The notes under the pieces: model-generated
What the model was told of the DNA's origin: nothing
Database searches by the model: none
Seen by the model: the letters and a program-made list of their open reading frames with translations, nothing else
Source: Eutreptiella sp. 'Long Island Sound 2002'
Taxonomy: Eukaryota > Protista > Euglenida
Direction: 5' to 3'
Assembly: GCA_964036045.1 (NCBI GenBank)
Contig: OZ038378.1
Span: 162,750,001-162,814,000, forward strand
DNA: 64,000 nucleotides
Translations under genes and position numbers: made by a program
In this document: positions 1 to 14,000 of the stretch, piece by piece
Layout: the number at the start of each line of letters is the position of its first letter
Position numbering within the stretch: the stretch's first letter is position 1

Positions 1-1
1 G

Positions 2-1150
2 ATTCTAGAGGCGCCGCCTCCGCGCGATCTCATCGCCTTTGGACTTTGCAGCAAGGTTCTGCTACGGCCTGCTAAGGTCGGGGCACTCAAGGCGCTGGAA
101 CGTTTGTTCCCGGGTTCGGCGGCGGCAGACAGCTGCTCAGTGATGTTCGAGCTGCTGTGGCGCTGGGAGTTCAAGTACTCGTGCACGGCTGCTGCGCTGG
201 ACCAGGCCGACAAACAGGCTGTGCGGGCGCTCGTTGCATCACTGGACCTGGCCGACCAGTTTGCATCGTCGGAAGCCTACGGCGCAGGCGACGAGGAAAA
301 GTTCTTTGCGCATTGGGTTCCCAGCCTGCGGATGGAATGGGGAGAAACCGACGACTACTCTCGTCTGGGTGCGTCGCGTGTTCAGGGGATCCCGGACTTG
401 CCACGGATTTGGGAGTGGCCTACCACGGATACGGATACGGATACGGATAATGTCAAGCCATGGGGGGCAGAGGTCGACCAAGCACAGGGGGTGAGCTGCG
501 TTGAGGGATTGAAGGAGCGTGCGAAAGTTGCTCAGATCGCAGAGGGCAGGACTCCGATGATGTTTCTAGCTCAAGTGAAATTAGCAGAAGCGAAGGTAGC
601 CTGGGTGGAGGGGGATAGCAGCCGGCCATGGCCGCTTCCGTCCAGAGGACTATTGTACTACTTCGCGGGTGTGTGGGGACAGCAAAAGGTGCTCTTCTAT
701 GATGGCAACGTCGATGGCGATCAGCTCGTTCCCACACATCCCTCTGTGTTTGGAGGTGAGATGGCATCACGTGCCCTTTCCCGGCACTTGGGTGCCAAAC
801 GTTACATCTTCTCTCGGGCGTACACACTTTTGGCCGACCCGGATGACGAGGACTACATACACGAAGACCGTGGCCCAGCAATATCACCGAGCCATCCTAA
901 AGGCGCAAAGAGTGGGGATGGTGACAGTGGGCTCTGCATGATGGGACCCAATGCCGATGATGATCAACCCATGGCGACAGTAGTCCTCTTGAGGGACAAT
1001 TGTGGATTCCAGTTTGGGGACTGTCAAAGCCTGTTCGTGACCATACCGATACAAGACTTGCTCAGAAGGAACTTTGATGTTGTTGAAGAAAGGCCGTGCT
1101 ATCCGAAGGATCTTCAAACAGCGTATTTCAATCCGGGAGCGGTTGAATGA
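2..1150 (+). CDS. DUF1963/YwqG-like protein, 5'-partial, intronless over the visible part
   Basis: Frame is open from base 2 to TGA at 1148-1150. Motifs SRVQGIPDLP..WEWP, PMMFLAQVKL, LPSRGLLYYF and FQFGDCQSLFVTIPIQDLLRRNFD match my recollection of YwqG/DUF1963. An (ACGGAT)4 repeat near 423-447 encodes TDTDTD. Confidence 0.75.
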   Translation: MLEAPPPRDLIAFGLCSKVLLRPAKVGALKALERLFPGSAAADSCSVMFELLWRWEFKYSCTAAALDQADKQAVRALVASLDLADQFASSEAYGAGDEEKFFAHWVPSLRMEWGETDDYSRLGASRVQGIPDLPRIWEWPTTDTDTDTDNVKPWGAEVDQAQGVSCVEGLKERAKVAQIAEGRTPMMFLAQVKLAEAKVAWVEGDSSRPWPLPSRGLLYYFAGVWGQQKVLFYDGNVDGDQLVPTHPSVFGGEMASRALSRHLGAKRYIFSRAYTLLADPDDEDYIHEDRGPAISPSHPKGAKSGDGDSGLCMMGPNADDDQPMATVVLLRDNCGFQFGDCQSLFVTIPIQDLLRRNFDVVEERPCYPKDLQTAYFNPGAVE

Positions 1151-1281
1151 TTGCAACCTTCATGCAATGATTTCTGTCAATTGTGATATCCGTTCAGGAT
1201 TTAGACATTTTTGAGACATGTTTGGCCTCCATGAAGATTGCCAAGTTTGCAGTAGCTTCCAAGTCCGATGCAATTGGAATG

Positions 1282-1431
1282 CCTTGTAGCTGATTCATCA
1301 GAGCTCCTCCGTGTCTGATTTTACTACCATAACAAATCCAATTGCAAATTACATGCTATTACCTTGTAGCTGATTCACCAGAGCTCCTCCGTGTCTGATT
1401 TTATTACCATAATGAATCCAATTGCAAATTA
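1282..1431. repeat. ~80-bp tandem duplication
   Basis: ccttgtagctgattca.cagagctcctccgtgtctgatttt...aatccaattgcaaatt occurs at ~1282 and ~1362. Confidence 0.85.
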
Positions 1432-1629
1432 TCGGGCGTGGCAGCTCCCACTGCACTATATGGTCTCAGCGTATATATCCGCGCCCTCACTACGTGCTGT
1501 GTCTGCTACCACTAGCACACAGGCTGCCCTGATTCCAGATTCCGAGAACTCTCTCGAGCACCATACGGTAAGAACTTTGCTGGCTATGCCAGATTACCTT
1601 GGTCTGTACCAAAAAAAAAGACTTCAATT

Positions 1630-3590
1630 GCAAATTCTATTGCCTTCGGCAAGTCCACCTCGCAGAGAATCTACCCCAAGCCACACACACCCTAAATAGG
1701 GTATAAACTACATAAATACGGGCTAGAACATGCTTTCCATATCTTGGATGGTCATTTCAGGTAATCACGATATCAAAAAAACAAGTTTCAAAAACTTCGA
1801 TTTTTGAGCTGTCCAGAGTGAAAAACTGCATGAGCAGGTTGTTCACCAACCCCTTGGTACAACCCCCCCCCCCCCCCGGACCTATTACCCAAACAGGGTG
1901 AAAAACATGTAAATACGGCCTAAAATATGCTTTACATACCTTGGATGGTCATTTTAGGTGGTCACAACATCAAGAAAACAAGTTTCAAAAACTTCGAATT
2001 TTGAGCTGCCTAGGGTGAAAAACTGCATAAGCAGGTTGTGTACCAATCCCTTGGGAGACCCCCCCCCCCGGCCCAATACCCAAATAGGGTGAGAAACACG
2101 TAAATACGGCCTAAAACATGCTTTACATACCTTAGATGGTCATTTTAGATGGTCATAATATCAAAAAAGCAAGTTTCAAAAATTCTATTGCCTTCGGCAA
2201 GTCCACCTCGCAGAGAATCTACCGCGAGCAACACACACCCAAAATAGGCTGGAAACTACATAAATACCGGCTAAAACATGCTTTACATACCTTGGATGAT
2301 CATTTTAGGTGATCACGGTATCAAAAAAACAAGTTTCGAAAACTTCGATTTTTGAGCTGCCCAGGGTGAAAAACTGCACTAGCAAGTTGTGTACCAATCC
2401 CTTGGGAGACCCCCCCCCCACCCCCGGGACCTAATACCCAAATAGGGTGAAAAAGATGTACATACGGCCTAAAATATGCTTTACATACCTTGGATGATCA
2501 TTTTAGGTGGTCACAATATCAGAAAAACAAGTTTCAAAAACTTCGATTTTTCAGCTGCCCAGGTTGAAAAACTGCATGAGCAGGTTGTGTACCAATCCCT
2601 TGGGAGCCCCCCCCCCCCCTGGACCTAATACCCAAATGGGGTGAAAAACACGTAAATACGGCCTAAAACATGCTTTACATACCTTGGATGGTCATTTTAG
2701 GTGATCACAATATCACAAAAACAAGTTTCAAAAACTTCCATTTTTGAGCTGTCCGGGGTGAAAAACTGCATAAGCAGTGCAGTGCATAAGCATTGTGTAC
2801 CAATCCCCTAGGAGCCCCCCCCCCCCCCCCCGGACCTGATTCCCAAATAGGGTGAAAAACACGTAAATGCGGCCTAAAACATGCTTTACATACCTTGGGT
2901 GGTCATTTTGGGTGGTCACAATATCAAAAAAACAAGTTTCAAAAACTTCGATTTTTGAGCTGTCCGGGGTGAAAAACTGCATAAGCAGGTTGTGCACCAG
3001 TCCCTTGGGAGCCCCCCCCCCCCCCCGACCTGATACCCAAATAGGGTGAAAAACACGTAAATACGGCCTAAAACATGCTTTGCATAGCTTGGATGGTCAT
3101 TTTGGGTGGTCACAATATCAAAAAAACAAGTTTCGAAAACTTCGATTTTTGAGCTGTCCGGGTGGAAAAGCTGCATAAGCAGGTTGTGCACCCGTCCCTT
3201 GGGAGCCCCCCCCCCCGACCCCCCGACCTGATACCCAAATAGGGTGAAAAACACGTAAATACGGCCTAGAACATGCTTTACATACCTTGGGTGGTCATTT
3301 TGGGTGGTCACAATATCAAAAAAACAAGTTTCGAAAACTTCGATTTTTGAGCTGTCCGGGGTGAAAATCTGCATAAGCAGGTTGTGCACCCGTCCCTTGG
3401 GAGACCCCCCCCCCCCCGGCCTGATACCCAAATGGGGTGAAAAACACGTAAATACGGCCTAAAACATGCTTTGCATAGCTTGGATGGTCATTTTGGGTGG
3501 TCACAATATCAAAAAAACAAGTTTCGAAAACTTCGATTTTTGAGCTGCCTGGGGTGAAAAACTGCATAAGCAGGTTGTGTACCGGCCCAT
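1630..3590. repeat. ~195-bp tandem satellite, about 10 monomers
   Basis: The anchor aagtttc(a/g)aaaa recurs near 1784, 1980, 2171, 2331, 2530, 2723, 2934, 3129, 3326 and 3519. Each unit has a poly-C tract of variable length. Confidence 0.95.
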
Positions 3591-4933
3591 TCACTAGGCC
3601 ATTATTGGTGGAAACAGTCATTTCGCGTCTTTGGCACGGGTTGTGAACGGCCATAAGCAAAGCTACAGACTGCAAAAAACGTCCTTTCGTATCCTAGTAG
3701 GCATATACTGTCACAACATCCCCACTCGCACCCCTCAGGGTGGGTACCACGGGTTCACCGAGGTTGCCAAAACCGCCAACATAGCATAAATGGCCAAAAA
3801 GTGCATAAACTGCATAAGCGCTCGTCCCACTAGATTCGGGTTTATGCACGATCTGAGCATATGTTTATGTAGAGAATATTGATGCGGATCGATCGATGCT
3901 AAATTTCTAGCACTTTCGTGGCCGTCAGTTGCGAAGTGGTGCTTCACGGCAATGGAAGATTTTATATGTAAGGAAAGGGAATGGAACGGCACACTCCCTG
4001 AATTTCACGCTAAATGGATCGACCTCGCGGACCAATGATGGCGCTCGCGACCACACACAAAGATGGAGTGGGGAGGGGGGGGTTAGTCGTACTCCCTCTA
4101 GCAAACGAGACGAGGGAGGAAGGGAAGAGGAGGGGACGGGGCACCAAGAGGTCCCTACCCTTCTAGGCCAGGATCTTTGGAATCCAGAGCGCCACGGAAC
4201 ATCCTTTGCTTGCATTGTTTTAGTAGCTGATTGCCGTGTGATCGGTGTTCCCTTTGTCAACACGCCTTCACCTCTTGACAATTTCTCATGGGTTTACTTT
4301 CTTCCTTTCCCGGCAAGGTGTCATTTAGGGGCTTGAGTTTTGCCAACTCTGAAAAGGAAACGCGTCTTGGTTGTGCATGTCACTTGTCGCTTGTCCTCAT
4401 TGTGCACATCGTTGGAGACGTTGTCTGGTAACCCAGGACCCTTGGTGGGCTAGAGTACCTGAATCGTAGGCCTACGCTGTACGTGTCAGACGACATGACA
4501 GTTTTCTTTGGGCACACTTTCCCATATACCAGCAGGTGAAGACCCTGGTCCTCTGGAGCACGCACGACCCAAGTCCTCTCCCTGTGTTTTCTGTTTTCTG
4601 GTGGCCTGTCCCTGCAAACAGGCATCTCTTTAGCGGGCAGTTGTCATTGTCTTTGTGGGTTTCACCGGACCGTGCCATCCCATCTATCAAAGGAGTTCAT
4701 GGTACTGAAGGAGCTTCATACCATTTCTCCATAACCATTAGTGCCTCCTGCAAATTGGAAGAGTCACGTTTCATGTGTCACGTTGTCTCACCTGTAGTTT
4801 ATCTTGGGTACACAATGTTGACGAGTGGTGGCACGCCTCACCAATGAGAAGTTGCTAAGGTATGTGCCTGATGCGGTCGGTTGCGTGCGGGGCGGCACGA
4901 AAACGGAAGTCATGAATCTTTTGTATCCTAGGC

Positions 4934-5036
4934 ATGGGGATCTCGAACTTCTTATTTATTGGCGTCGGATTGCTCTTATCGGTCTCTTGTGCGTTGTTGT
5001 TGTTCATTTCTTCTACTTCGAGGACGGACAATGAAG
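4934..5036 (+). CDS. Exon 1: N-terminal signal anchor (MGISNFLFIGVGLLLSVSCALLLFISSTSRTDNE)
   Basis: ATG at 4934, a ~20-residue hydrophobic stretch, and a phase-1 donor GAAG|GTGTGC at 5037. Confidence 0.65.
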
Positions 5037-8000
5037 GTGTGCCCATCATTTTATTGTATTCACGGAACTCGGGAGGGGAGGGACGTCAATGACCTTTCGT
5101 TGGGTTGTGCCTTTCTGCACTAGAGATGGAGGAAGTCAAGCCAGCGTGTTGTGTTATCTTATGTTTGGTTTTATGTTGTGTCAAGTTGTGTTATGTTGTG
5201 GTGTGGTGCGGTTCAATTCACACAACGTAGAAGTGGGGGGGGGGGGGGCATTTTCCACCTTTGTGTTGGGTGCCTGTGTTCACATGTCTATTGCCCATCG
5301 ATGTACTAAGTTCATGTTGTTTGCTCACCTTATGCATTTCACTGGTCTTGGTGCCTTTTTTTCTTAGGGCCGCATGAAGATGAAGATGAATCTATGAAAC
5401 GGGCTACGATTCATCATGTAACCACAGGTTTGGGTGTGGGGCACGTGGGGGCATTCTTATCCACTTGGCCAACCACATAATGTCCCCGTGGATTTGCGGA
5501 TTTCTGCGATTTCCCCCTTGCGCCCTTTTTGTGTTCATTTTCATTTGTGTATTAATGTATTCTCGTGAAGCCACTTGGAAGGACTCGTCAATGGCGCATT
5601 AAGCGTGCAAGTATCAAACGTAGCATGCGAAGAAAACCAATGCGGCACACGCCCAATATGTGTCGATACGGCCCTGAGAGCTCGTTTGCACTTCGTTGTT
5701 GTGGTTTGGAAAAATTCACCAGCATTCGTTTTGTTGTTTGAGGTCGTCGACGGCGACGGTGGAGCGCACATCGGGGGGCAATTCCATCCATGACGACCAT
5801 CCACACACCCCCACCGTCACAAGAAGGGAGCGTCCGGGATCGTGACCTCAATTATCACGTCAATGGTACAACGGCACAAGAGGGGATTATCCGGTACCAT
5901 GACGTACAATATCACATCAATGGCAGCATTACTATTAATAGTAGTACAGACCATGCCGTGCTTATACCGGCGTATTATTGCTCGGCAACACCGTTTTGTG
6001 CAAAAATGGTGGGGAGGAGGCAATGTCACAAAGACTTTGGCCTTAATTCCACGGAACGCCCATTTGCCAAGTATGTATGCATGCATCCAGTGAATCGTAG
6101 GGCGTCTCCAACCGTCCGGTGGATTTGTTTTCCGTAGTATGGTCTCGGGAAGGAGCCATGCGCGCTTTGTTACCATTGAGGCCGCAACAAGGCGAATAGG
6201 TGTTGTTGACATTACATTTGGCGTGGGGTAGGGTGGAAGGGGGCCATCGCAAGATGCGCCTAACTGGTGGGAAACGAAACGTTGTGGAATGTGCAAGTGG
6301 TGGCTGTGCTTTTGCATGCTTGCACTGTCTTGCACCACCCTCATGTGCAGGTATGCAACTGGAATTCTCATTTGCAATTATTGGCGGTTGGTGTATAGTG
6401 TCTGGGTATCTGAATGTCTTCCTCGCCTAGCGGGGATGATCCAACGAATCAGGTTGCCTTCCAACTCCGCACGTCGTTGCTTCTCGAAGGCACAGATTGA
6501 TCCAATCGCTGCGATCACGGAGTCCCGCACAAGGCACATATAGCACGAGCAATTGGTGCACGGCAGGGCGATTTCACCACAAGAGCGAGACAGCTTTTGG
6601 CCCCTGGGTGAGGCCTTGCCACTCACCCCTTGCACAACTTTTGATGGACCCCATGCCGCATGCACCAGTAGAAGCCTCAGCCCTAGAGTAACTGGAAAGC
6701 TTTGAATCAATGGTCAATGAGGTGGGTGAAGGGGACAAGGGTGCATTCTGAAACTACTCCCACCGGCATGCAAGCATGCGGCAGTCAAGGGATCAGCTTG
6801 TGTGAGGCTGTCGTCTAGTTCTTACAATTTCATATGGTGGCACAAGTGACAGTAAGAGAGGGCGCGGGCCCCTCCGGTGGTGCCACCACGCCGAAGCCTT
6901 CTGGGGTGCGCTACCACTCTTTCAATCCGTGCCTGTGCTTCCCGCTGCTGGTGTCGCCAGAGGCCAAGGATGGATCCAGTACAGAATCTGTATCAGCTTG
7001 GGCACCCGGGACAGGATCCTGTTCAGCAGCAGCAATTCATCAAGGAGATTCTGGACTGTGATATGCCAATTATTTATAAATACCTGCAGCCGTCCTTCAG
7101 GGAATTTCGGCTCGCCGTGAATACGGTGTTTGCCCGTGATCAAGCCGCTTCTGTTTGCATTATCTATCCACATATTCGTGTGTAACCCCTGGTAGCTCAC
7201 CCCGCCGTTCCGCGTGTCACGATATCTGCGCGAAGATGACGTGTGGCTACTTATCTCCCGTTTTGGAAATCAACAGTCCTTCGACAGCCCTCCCTGTCCC
7301 CAACATGCGCGCTGTGCCGCAATACTTGACTTCTCCAAGCACCACAGCCGGGTTCCAACATTCTGCAATACAAGGGGAGCAGTTGCCAACCTTTCCTTTC
7401 GTGTGCTTTTTTTTTTTTAGCCCCCTTTGAGGTTTTGGACAGCATGGCTGTTGTGTCATCGGTGCGCTTGCGGGCGAAGCACCGTTCCCCGTTTCGTACT
7501 TGGTCTTTTAGGGCATTGGTGGAACAATACAATGCGTACATCATTGTGCCTGGGTTATATTATGCGTATCAGGTACTTTCGTTTGCGGTGGGGTGTGTCC
7601 CCAAGGGTGTCCCTCTTTCTGTGTCTCCGTCGCCGAGCACTGCGCCTGTGCATGTCCCCGTTTTGGGCGATTCCCGTCCGGGCGTGTGTGCACGCATTGT
7701 GTGTGTCCCCAATGGCGCGCGTGTGCTTCTTCGGTTGCAGCTGCGTACAGCCTTCTGTGGCACTGGTAAGGAGCCACGGGTTAAGGGTTGCAGTCTTTCT
7801 CAGTCTGGCACCTGTGCTGTGTTGAATGTTGCTGTCGAACTGCGCTTTTCATGAATCGATCCGCTCGGGAGCATCACACTCATTGGATCTCCTCCTGCTT
7901 TCCTCCTCTGGAGATTCTGTCTGGCCAAACGACCGTTGGGTGTGTCATTTGCAATCTTTTGTGTGCAGTATTTGGTGGAGGTCTTTGATATGCCGGAGCG

Positions 8001-11000
8001 GCAGTTGCTGGTGATGCCCCTGCTCGCGGGGCTGGAGACATACAGCCCCACTCGAGCCAAGGTATCGGTCGCCACTGGCAGCTAAGTGCTGTGTGCGTCC
8101 CTGTTTTATGGGAGGTGTCGTTGAATGCAACAAGAAAGCAATGATGTGCGACAGCCGTAATCCCAGCTTTATCCGAGGACTTGTGCTTGGACTACTCCGT
8201 CGACATGCCAAAACCGCTTGGTGCCTAGGAATCTGGGACTCTCTGGTTTTGGGGCGTTCTTTGCAGTTCCACCGTGCGTGTTGGGGTCCTCGTCTCGAGG
8301 TCATACTGGGCATCTATCGCCTTTGATAATCAAGGGATGCTCCCGGCATGGCTGCGGGTAGAGGGGGCGGGCGGCGCGTTGGTTGATCAGGTTTGCCAGC
8401 AAGGCGTTGGTGAAATTGGCGTAAGTGATCAGGTTTGCCACTACAATGCCACGGGGATCCACACACCCAATTTTCAAAGTGGAAGACGCGTCCGCGCAGT
8501 GTCCAACCCGAGAGGTGCCTGCATGCATTTTTGGGGTGTGTTGCATCATTTCACGCGTGGGCCAGGCTGCAATGCATGCGTGGGATCGTCGTGGCGTGTT
8601 CGATGGGTTGGAGCGGAGAAATCAGGACAATCGGTCACCAATGAACACGGTCTGCATCCACCAAAGCCTGCAACGAAGACGAGGGCGCACATGGGTTGGG
8701 AGGTGCAGCGGTTGGGGTTCTGTTGATCATGGCGTGTCTCTCAACCTTAGAAGCCATGGCCGCATCTACTTGAAGCCCCGCGCCCGCGCCATTATACCCA
8801 TCCCCCCTTTCCCCCAGACGCCGACCCTTGCCACAGAGTGACCCCTCGTCAGCTAAAACTAAATTGCCTCGTTTCGTTATCTCTTTCGACGTTCTCCCCG
8901 ATTTTCCTGCACAAGCTGTTACCATTTTGGTGACCAGGGTCCTTCCATTGTTGCGGTGCTTCGACAAGGGGCCCAAGAGGCACCACTCCATCTTTCAGGC
9001 AGCCCATTATTTGTGGCACGGTGGTTATTTCATTCCAGTGAAGGCTGTCAGCATCCATTTCCAGACGCTCTTCCAGCTGGACCACGTTCCGTGTGACGCT
9101 GCAGCAGTCGGGGCCCGGCTGCGGCTGCTGCAGAATATTCTTCCAGGTGCAACGCTCAACACAACAATAAGCATCACCACGAGGGCATGTAACCAGATGT
9201 GAATCACCTCGCAGAGTTTGTGAGATCCAAACCACGCGGGCCGCCATCTTTGGGAAAACGCCACATGCCCCTTTTGGGGGCCCAAAAATTGCAAATCTTT
9301 TGGGTGGTTTCGATTGTGAGCCAAAGAAAATGTTTTTCTGTCCCAATGGGGCTTGGTGAGGTGCGGGTGCAGTTTTTGTTATGACAGTGCGTTGGGGGGT
9401 CGTAGTGAACCTGTGGTGCCACCCTGCAGAGGGGTCGGATTGGGGATGTTGTGACAGTACACCCATGCGGACGTGTTTCGCAGCCTCTTGCCCCACCGAG
9501 GGCCGGTCATGACCTGATTGAAAGGTGCGAAATCATTATTTCCACTGAAAATAGCCTGCATGCATTTTTTCTGGCGACCCCTGGCGACCCCCTGTGGCTC
9601 TTTGCTCCATGCCTGGATCATCATTTGGTGACAACGGGAGTACATATGCACCCAAGGGGAGCCATGTAGCACCAATAAGACTCTCATAATCCTGATTTTT
9701 GGCCCCTAAAAGTGCTGTTCTGGGCTCTTTTCCAATCTGCGGGGCAAAATTCGTTTGCAGGCCAAACAGTGATTTCCGGCTTTCAAGCAGGCCATCACCG
9801 CCCCCAGGCGAGGCTGGAGGCTGCAAAACACGTCATTTTGCATCCGAACAGACAACATCCCCAATCACAGGGTCACTAGAGCTCCCAAAGTGATAACAAA
9901 AATGACTGAAAGCTGCATAAACTGCAGGAGCGCTCACCGAATTCCGCCTCGCCAAGCCCCATGAGGTTGGGACCCGAAACAATTTTTTGGCTCATAATCG
10001 AGAAAAATTAAAAGATTTGCGATTTTCATCCTTTTTTGGGGGGGGTCAAAAAGGGGGGCTTTTTTTAACATTTCTTTACCTCCTCCCCCCCTTAAAAGTG
10101 CGTTTTGGTGGTGGTGGGGCTATGGTCTCAGGGGTCCCAACCAAAAAATTGGTGTTTTTTTTTGCAAGGGTTGACCACGAAATGGCGGTTTTTTCAGGAA
10201 CGTCTGATAAATGCCGGGTTGCAGTGAGCCAGGGTTGGGTCATCATTTGGTGACAATGGGTGCACATGTGACCCATGAGAACCGTGTAGCACCAATTGGG
10301 CCCCCTCCGTGGTGCCTATTGCTAGATAAAAGGGTCCCTTTGGGCTATCTTGCACCATGGTGGGCATTTGGTTGGCCTATTGTGGCCATTTCAATCTGGA
10401 CGCTGCTCCCATTCCACTTTTCTCTTGTATATGGACCCCCTCGCCAATGGTGGGGCCCCGGGTTCCCTCTCTGAGTTCCCTTGATCGCCCCCGCCCCCTT
10501 TGGCCCCCACTGGTGTGGATTTTGCCGTTTTCAGGCCAGCATGGGTCGGTGCCCTCCGATACCTGCTGGGTGGACTTGGGCTCGGCTTGGGTCACCATTT
10601 GGTGACAATGGGTGCACATAAAAACCTGTGGGGGGGCATGTAGCACGAAGTAGGCCCTCCTAGTGGTGCTTATTGGCCCCTAAAAGTGCCGTTTTGGGCG
10701 TTTTGGCACCATGGTGGGCCAATTTGGTTGGCCTACTGTAGCCACTATCTGTTCATCCTGACTGAGGTTCCATTCAACTTTTTTTCTTGTCTGTGTAGCC
10801 CCTAGCCAAGAGAGAGGTCCCAAGGTCTATCTCTGGATACCACAGCCCTCCTCTTGGGCCCCTTTCTTTGGGGGGGGGTTTGACCATTTTCAGGCTGGCA
10901 TTGGTTGGCTGAGTATCGCAATTTTTGTGTGACCTCTGATGAACGCTGGGTTGCGTAGGATCAGGCTTTGGTTATCATTTGACGACAATGTGAGCAAACT

Positions 11001-14000
11001 AATCCCTCCGATGACCACTAGGTTGGCCTCAGCTAAGCTTTGGCCATCGTTTGGTGACGATACGAGTACCCCCCTACCCTGGGCCAACTGGTGCACTTTG
11101 GGGCGGGGTTAGGGACCCCCCCCCTATTTGGGGTCGGGAAACACCAAAAAAAAAGTGTTAGAATGCATTTCAAAGGTCTACATTGGGTAATTGCCCCCAT
11201 AAAGATGTGAGAAGGGCCACAATAGGCTAAAAATAGGGTATGACATCACAGCTGCCAAAATCTGAACAAATGGACTAAAAATAGCCCCATTTCCCCTAGC
11301 CATAGTCTTTATAGGCCGTAATAATGCACATTGAACCATTTTAGTGAGGGAAAATGTACAACACAATCCCACTTTATGTATTTTGAGTGGATAAAAGGGT
11401 TGGAATGGATATTTCTCATTATAAAGAGCGATTTTTAGTATTTTTGTTGGGATCCTGATTGTAGTGATGCCATACCCTATTTTTAGAAACTATGAGCCCT
11501 TCACTTGGGCAAATACCCTCTAAAAACAATCCAATTCACTTCTAAAACATGATTTTTCGTGTTTCCCGACCCCAAAATAGGGAGGAGGGCCCCTAACCCC
11601 GCCCCAAAGTGCACTGGTTGGCCCAGGGTAAGGGGGCGGGGGGGTCGCCGTATACACCATGTAGATTACCACACACCCTCTCCGCTTAAATCTAGCCACC
11701 AAGCAAGAAAGCAAGCAACAAGCAAGCATGCAAGCACTTCTCCATTCTGTTTTGGCTATTGCTCCGTTCCAACGCTTTGGGCTTTACTCTACTCTAGCCA
11801 TCCTAGAGCCTAGGTGGTGCCCTTGCCGAATCCAAGTTTTGAGCCAAAAACTCACCGGTGGCGCCCCGGGGTGGGGGCGCCACATTGGGAGGTGCCCTCC
11901 CAAAAGTGCGCATTTTGTGCCACAAAACAGCCTTTTTTTGGCCCAAAGCGGCCCCAAAACCCGGTCAAACCGGACAAACGAAGGGAAACAGTGGCTACAC
12001 TTCACATACCCCTTGATTACCCCGTGACAAAGTGCCCTTTGTAGCTCTCTAACTCCGCAAAATGTCCGAGGAACGGCCCAAAAACGGTTAATAATGGCCC
12101 AAGATGTGCGCACTTTGTGTCAAATAGAGCCAAAACCAAGAACGGGCTGTATCTTGGGCCACGTGGCTCAAATCAGAAATCCGAGGGCACATAGTCCACC
12201 CGCAACCCCCCATCTTTTTGTGGTTTCCAAGCCTTAGAATCGCCCGGAAACACTTGGACCCCCGTACCGCTGGTCGCTTGGTGGAGCCATAGGGCAGCCC
12301 GGGCCGTGCATGGTGGGGGCCAACGGTGGGTCCACCAGGGTCCCCGGGGCGAAAAACATGATTTTTTCCAGGGTCGTTCCTTGACCACCTAGGGTGCTCA
12401 AACAAGTGTTTTTAGCCCGTTTTGAGCTCGTGGTGATGTGTTTTAGCCCATTAAAAATCCCAAAATGCCTTGAAAATGGGCCGTTTTGGGACCAAAAATG
12501 GGTCAAAAATGGGTCAAAAGTGTGCCCCAAAGTTATCTTGGACCATTTGGGATGCTCAAACAAGTGTTTTTAGCCCGTTTTGAGCCCCTGGTGACGCGTT
12601 TTGGGCCATGGAAAATCCCAAAATGCCTGAAAAACGGACCGTTTTGGGACCAAAAATGGGTCAAAAAACGGGTCAAAAACACATTTTTCCAACAGTGATC
12701 TGGGACCGTTTGGGGTCCAGAAACAAGTGAATTGAGCCCATTTTGAGCCCGTTTTGACCCAGTTTAGCCCCTTCCGCCACATATATACACCAAGTTGTAC
12801 ACTTCGCACCTATCTTAGAGTCGTATTGTGGACCCACCTAGAGTTGGGGAGAGGGGTGTAGATTAGAGGATATGTATATATCCTCTAATCTTCACCCCTC
12901 TCCCCAACTCTAGGTGGCTCCACAATATGGCTCTAAGATAGGTGCGAAGTGTACAACTTGGTGCATACATGTGGCGGAAGGGGCTAAACCGGGTCAAAAT
13001 GGGCTCAAAATGGGCTCATTTCACTTGTTTGTGCTTCCCAAACAGTCTAAGATAACTTTCGGAAAAACGGTTTTTGACCCATTTTTGGACCCATTTTTAA
13101 GGCATTTTGGGATTTTCCATGGCCCAAAACGCGTCACCAGGGGCTTAGAACGGGCTAAAAACACTTGTTTGAGCATCCCAAATGGTCCAAGATAGCTTTG
13201 GGGAAAACACGTTGTTGACCCCTTTTTGGTCTCAAACGGCCCGTTTTCAAGGCAATTTGGGATTTTTAATGGGCTAAAACACGTCACCACGAGCTCAAAA
13301 CGGGCTAAAAACACTTGTTTGAGCATCTGAGGTGGTCAAGGAACGACCCTGGAAAAAATCATGTTTTTCGCCCCGGGGACCCTGGTGGACCCACCGTGTG
13401 GCCCCCACCATGCACGGCCCGGGCTGCCCTATGGCTCCACCAAGCGACCAGCGGTACGGGGGTCCAAGTGTTTCCGGGCGATTCTAAGGCTTGGAAACCA
13501 CAAAAAGATGGGGGGTTGCGGGTGGACTATGTGCCCTCGGATTTCTGATTTGAGCCACGTGGCCCAAGATACAGCCCGTTCTTGGTTTTGGCTCTATTTG
13601 ACACAAAGTGCGCACATCTTGGGCCATTATTAACCGTTTTTGGGCCGTTCCTCGGACATTTTGCGGAGTTAGAGAGCTACAAAGGGCACTTTGTCACGGG
13701 GTAATCAAGGGGTATGTGAAGTGTAGCCACTGTTTCCCTTCGTTTGTCCGGTTTGACCGGGTTTTGGGGCCGCTTTGGGCCAAAAAAAGGCTGTTTTGTG
13801 GCACAAAATGCGCACTTTTGGGAGGGCACCTCCCAATGTGGCGCCCCCACCCCGGGGCGCCACCGGTGAGTTTTTGGCTCAAAACTTGGATTCGGCAAGG
13901 GCACCACCTAGGCTCTAGGATGGCTAGAGTAGAGTAAAGCCCAAAGCGTTGGAACGGAGCAATAGCCAAGACGGGATGGAGAAGTGCTTGCATGCTTGCT

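Noticed and set aside
2728-3675. Repetitive minus-strand ORFs (FTPDSSKIEVFETCFF...)
   Set aside because: They are readings of the 195-bp satellite.
7214-7420. EDDVWLLISRFG ORF as a GT61 exon
   Set aside because: The LISR resembles a GT61 motif, but I could not fit it with compatible phases, and exon 9 supplies that motif position. Left open.
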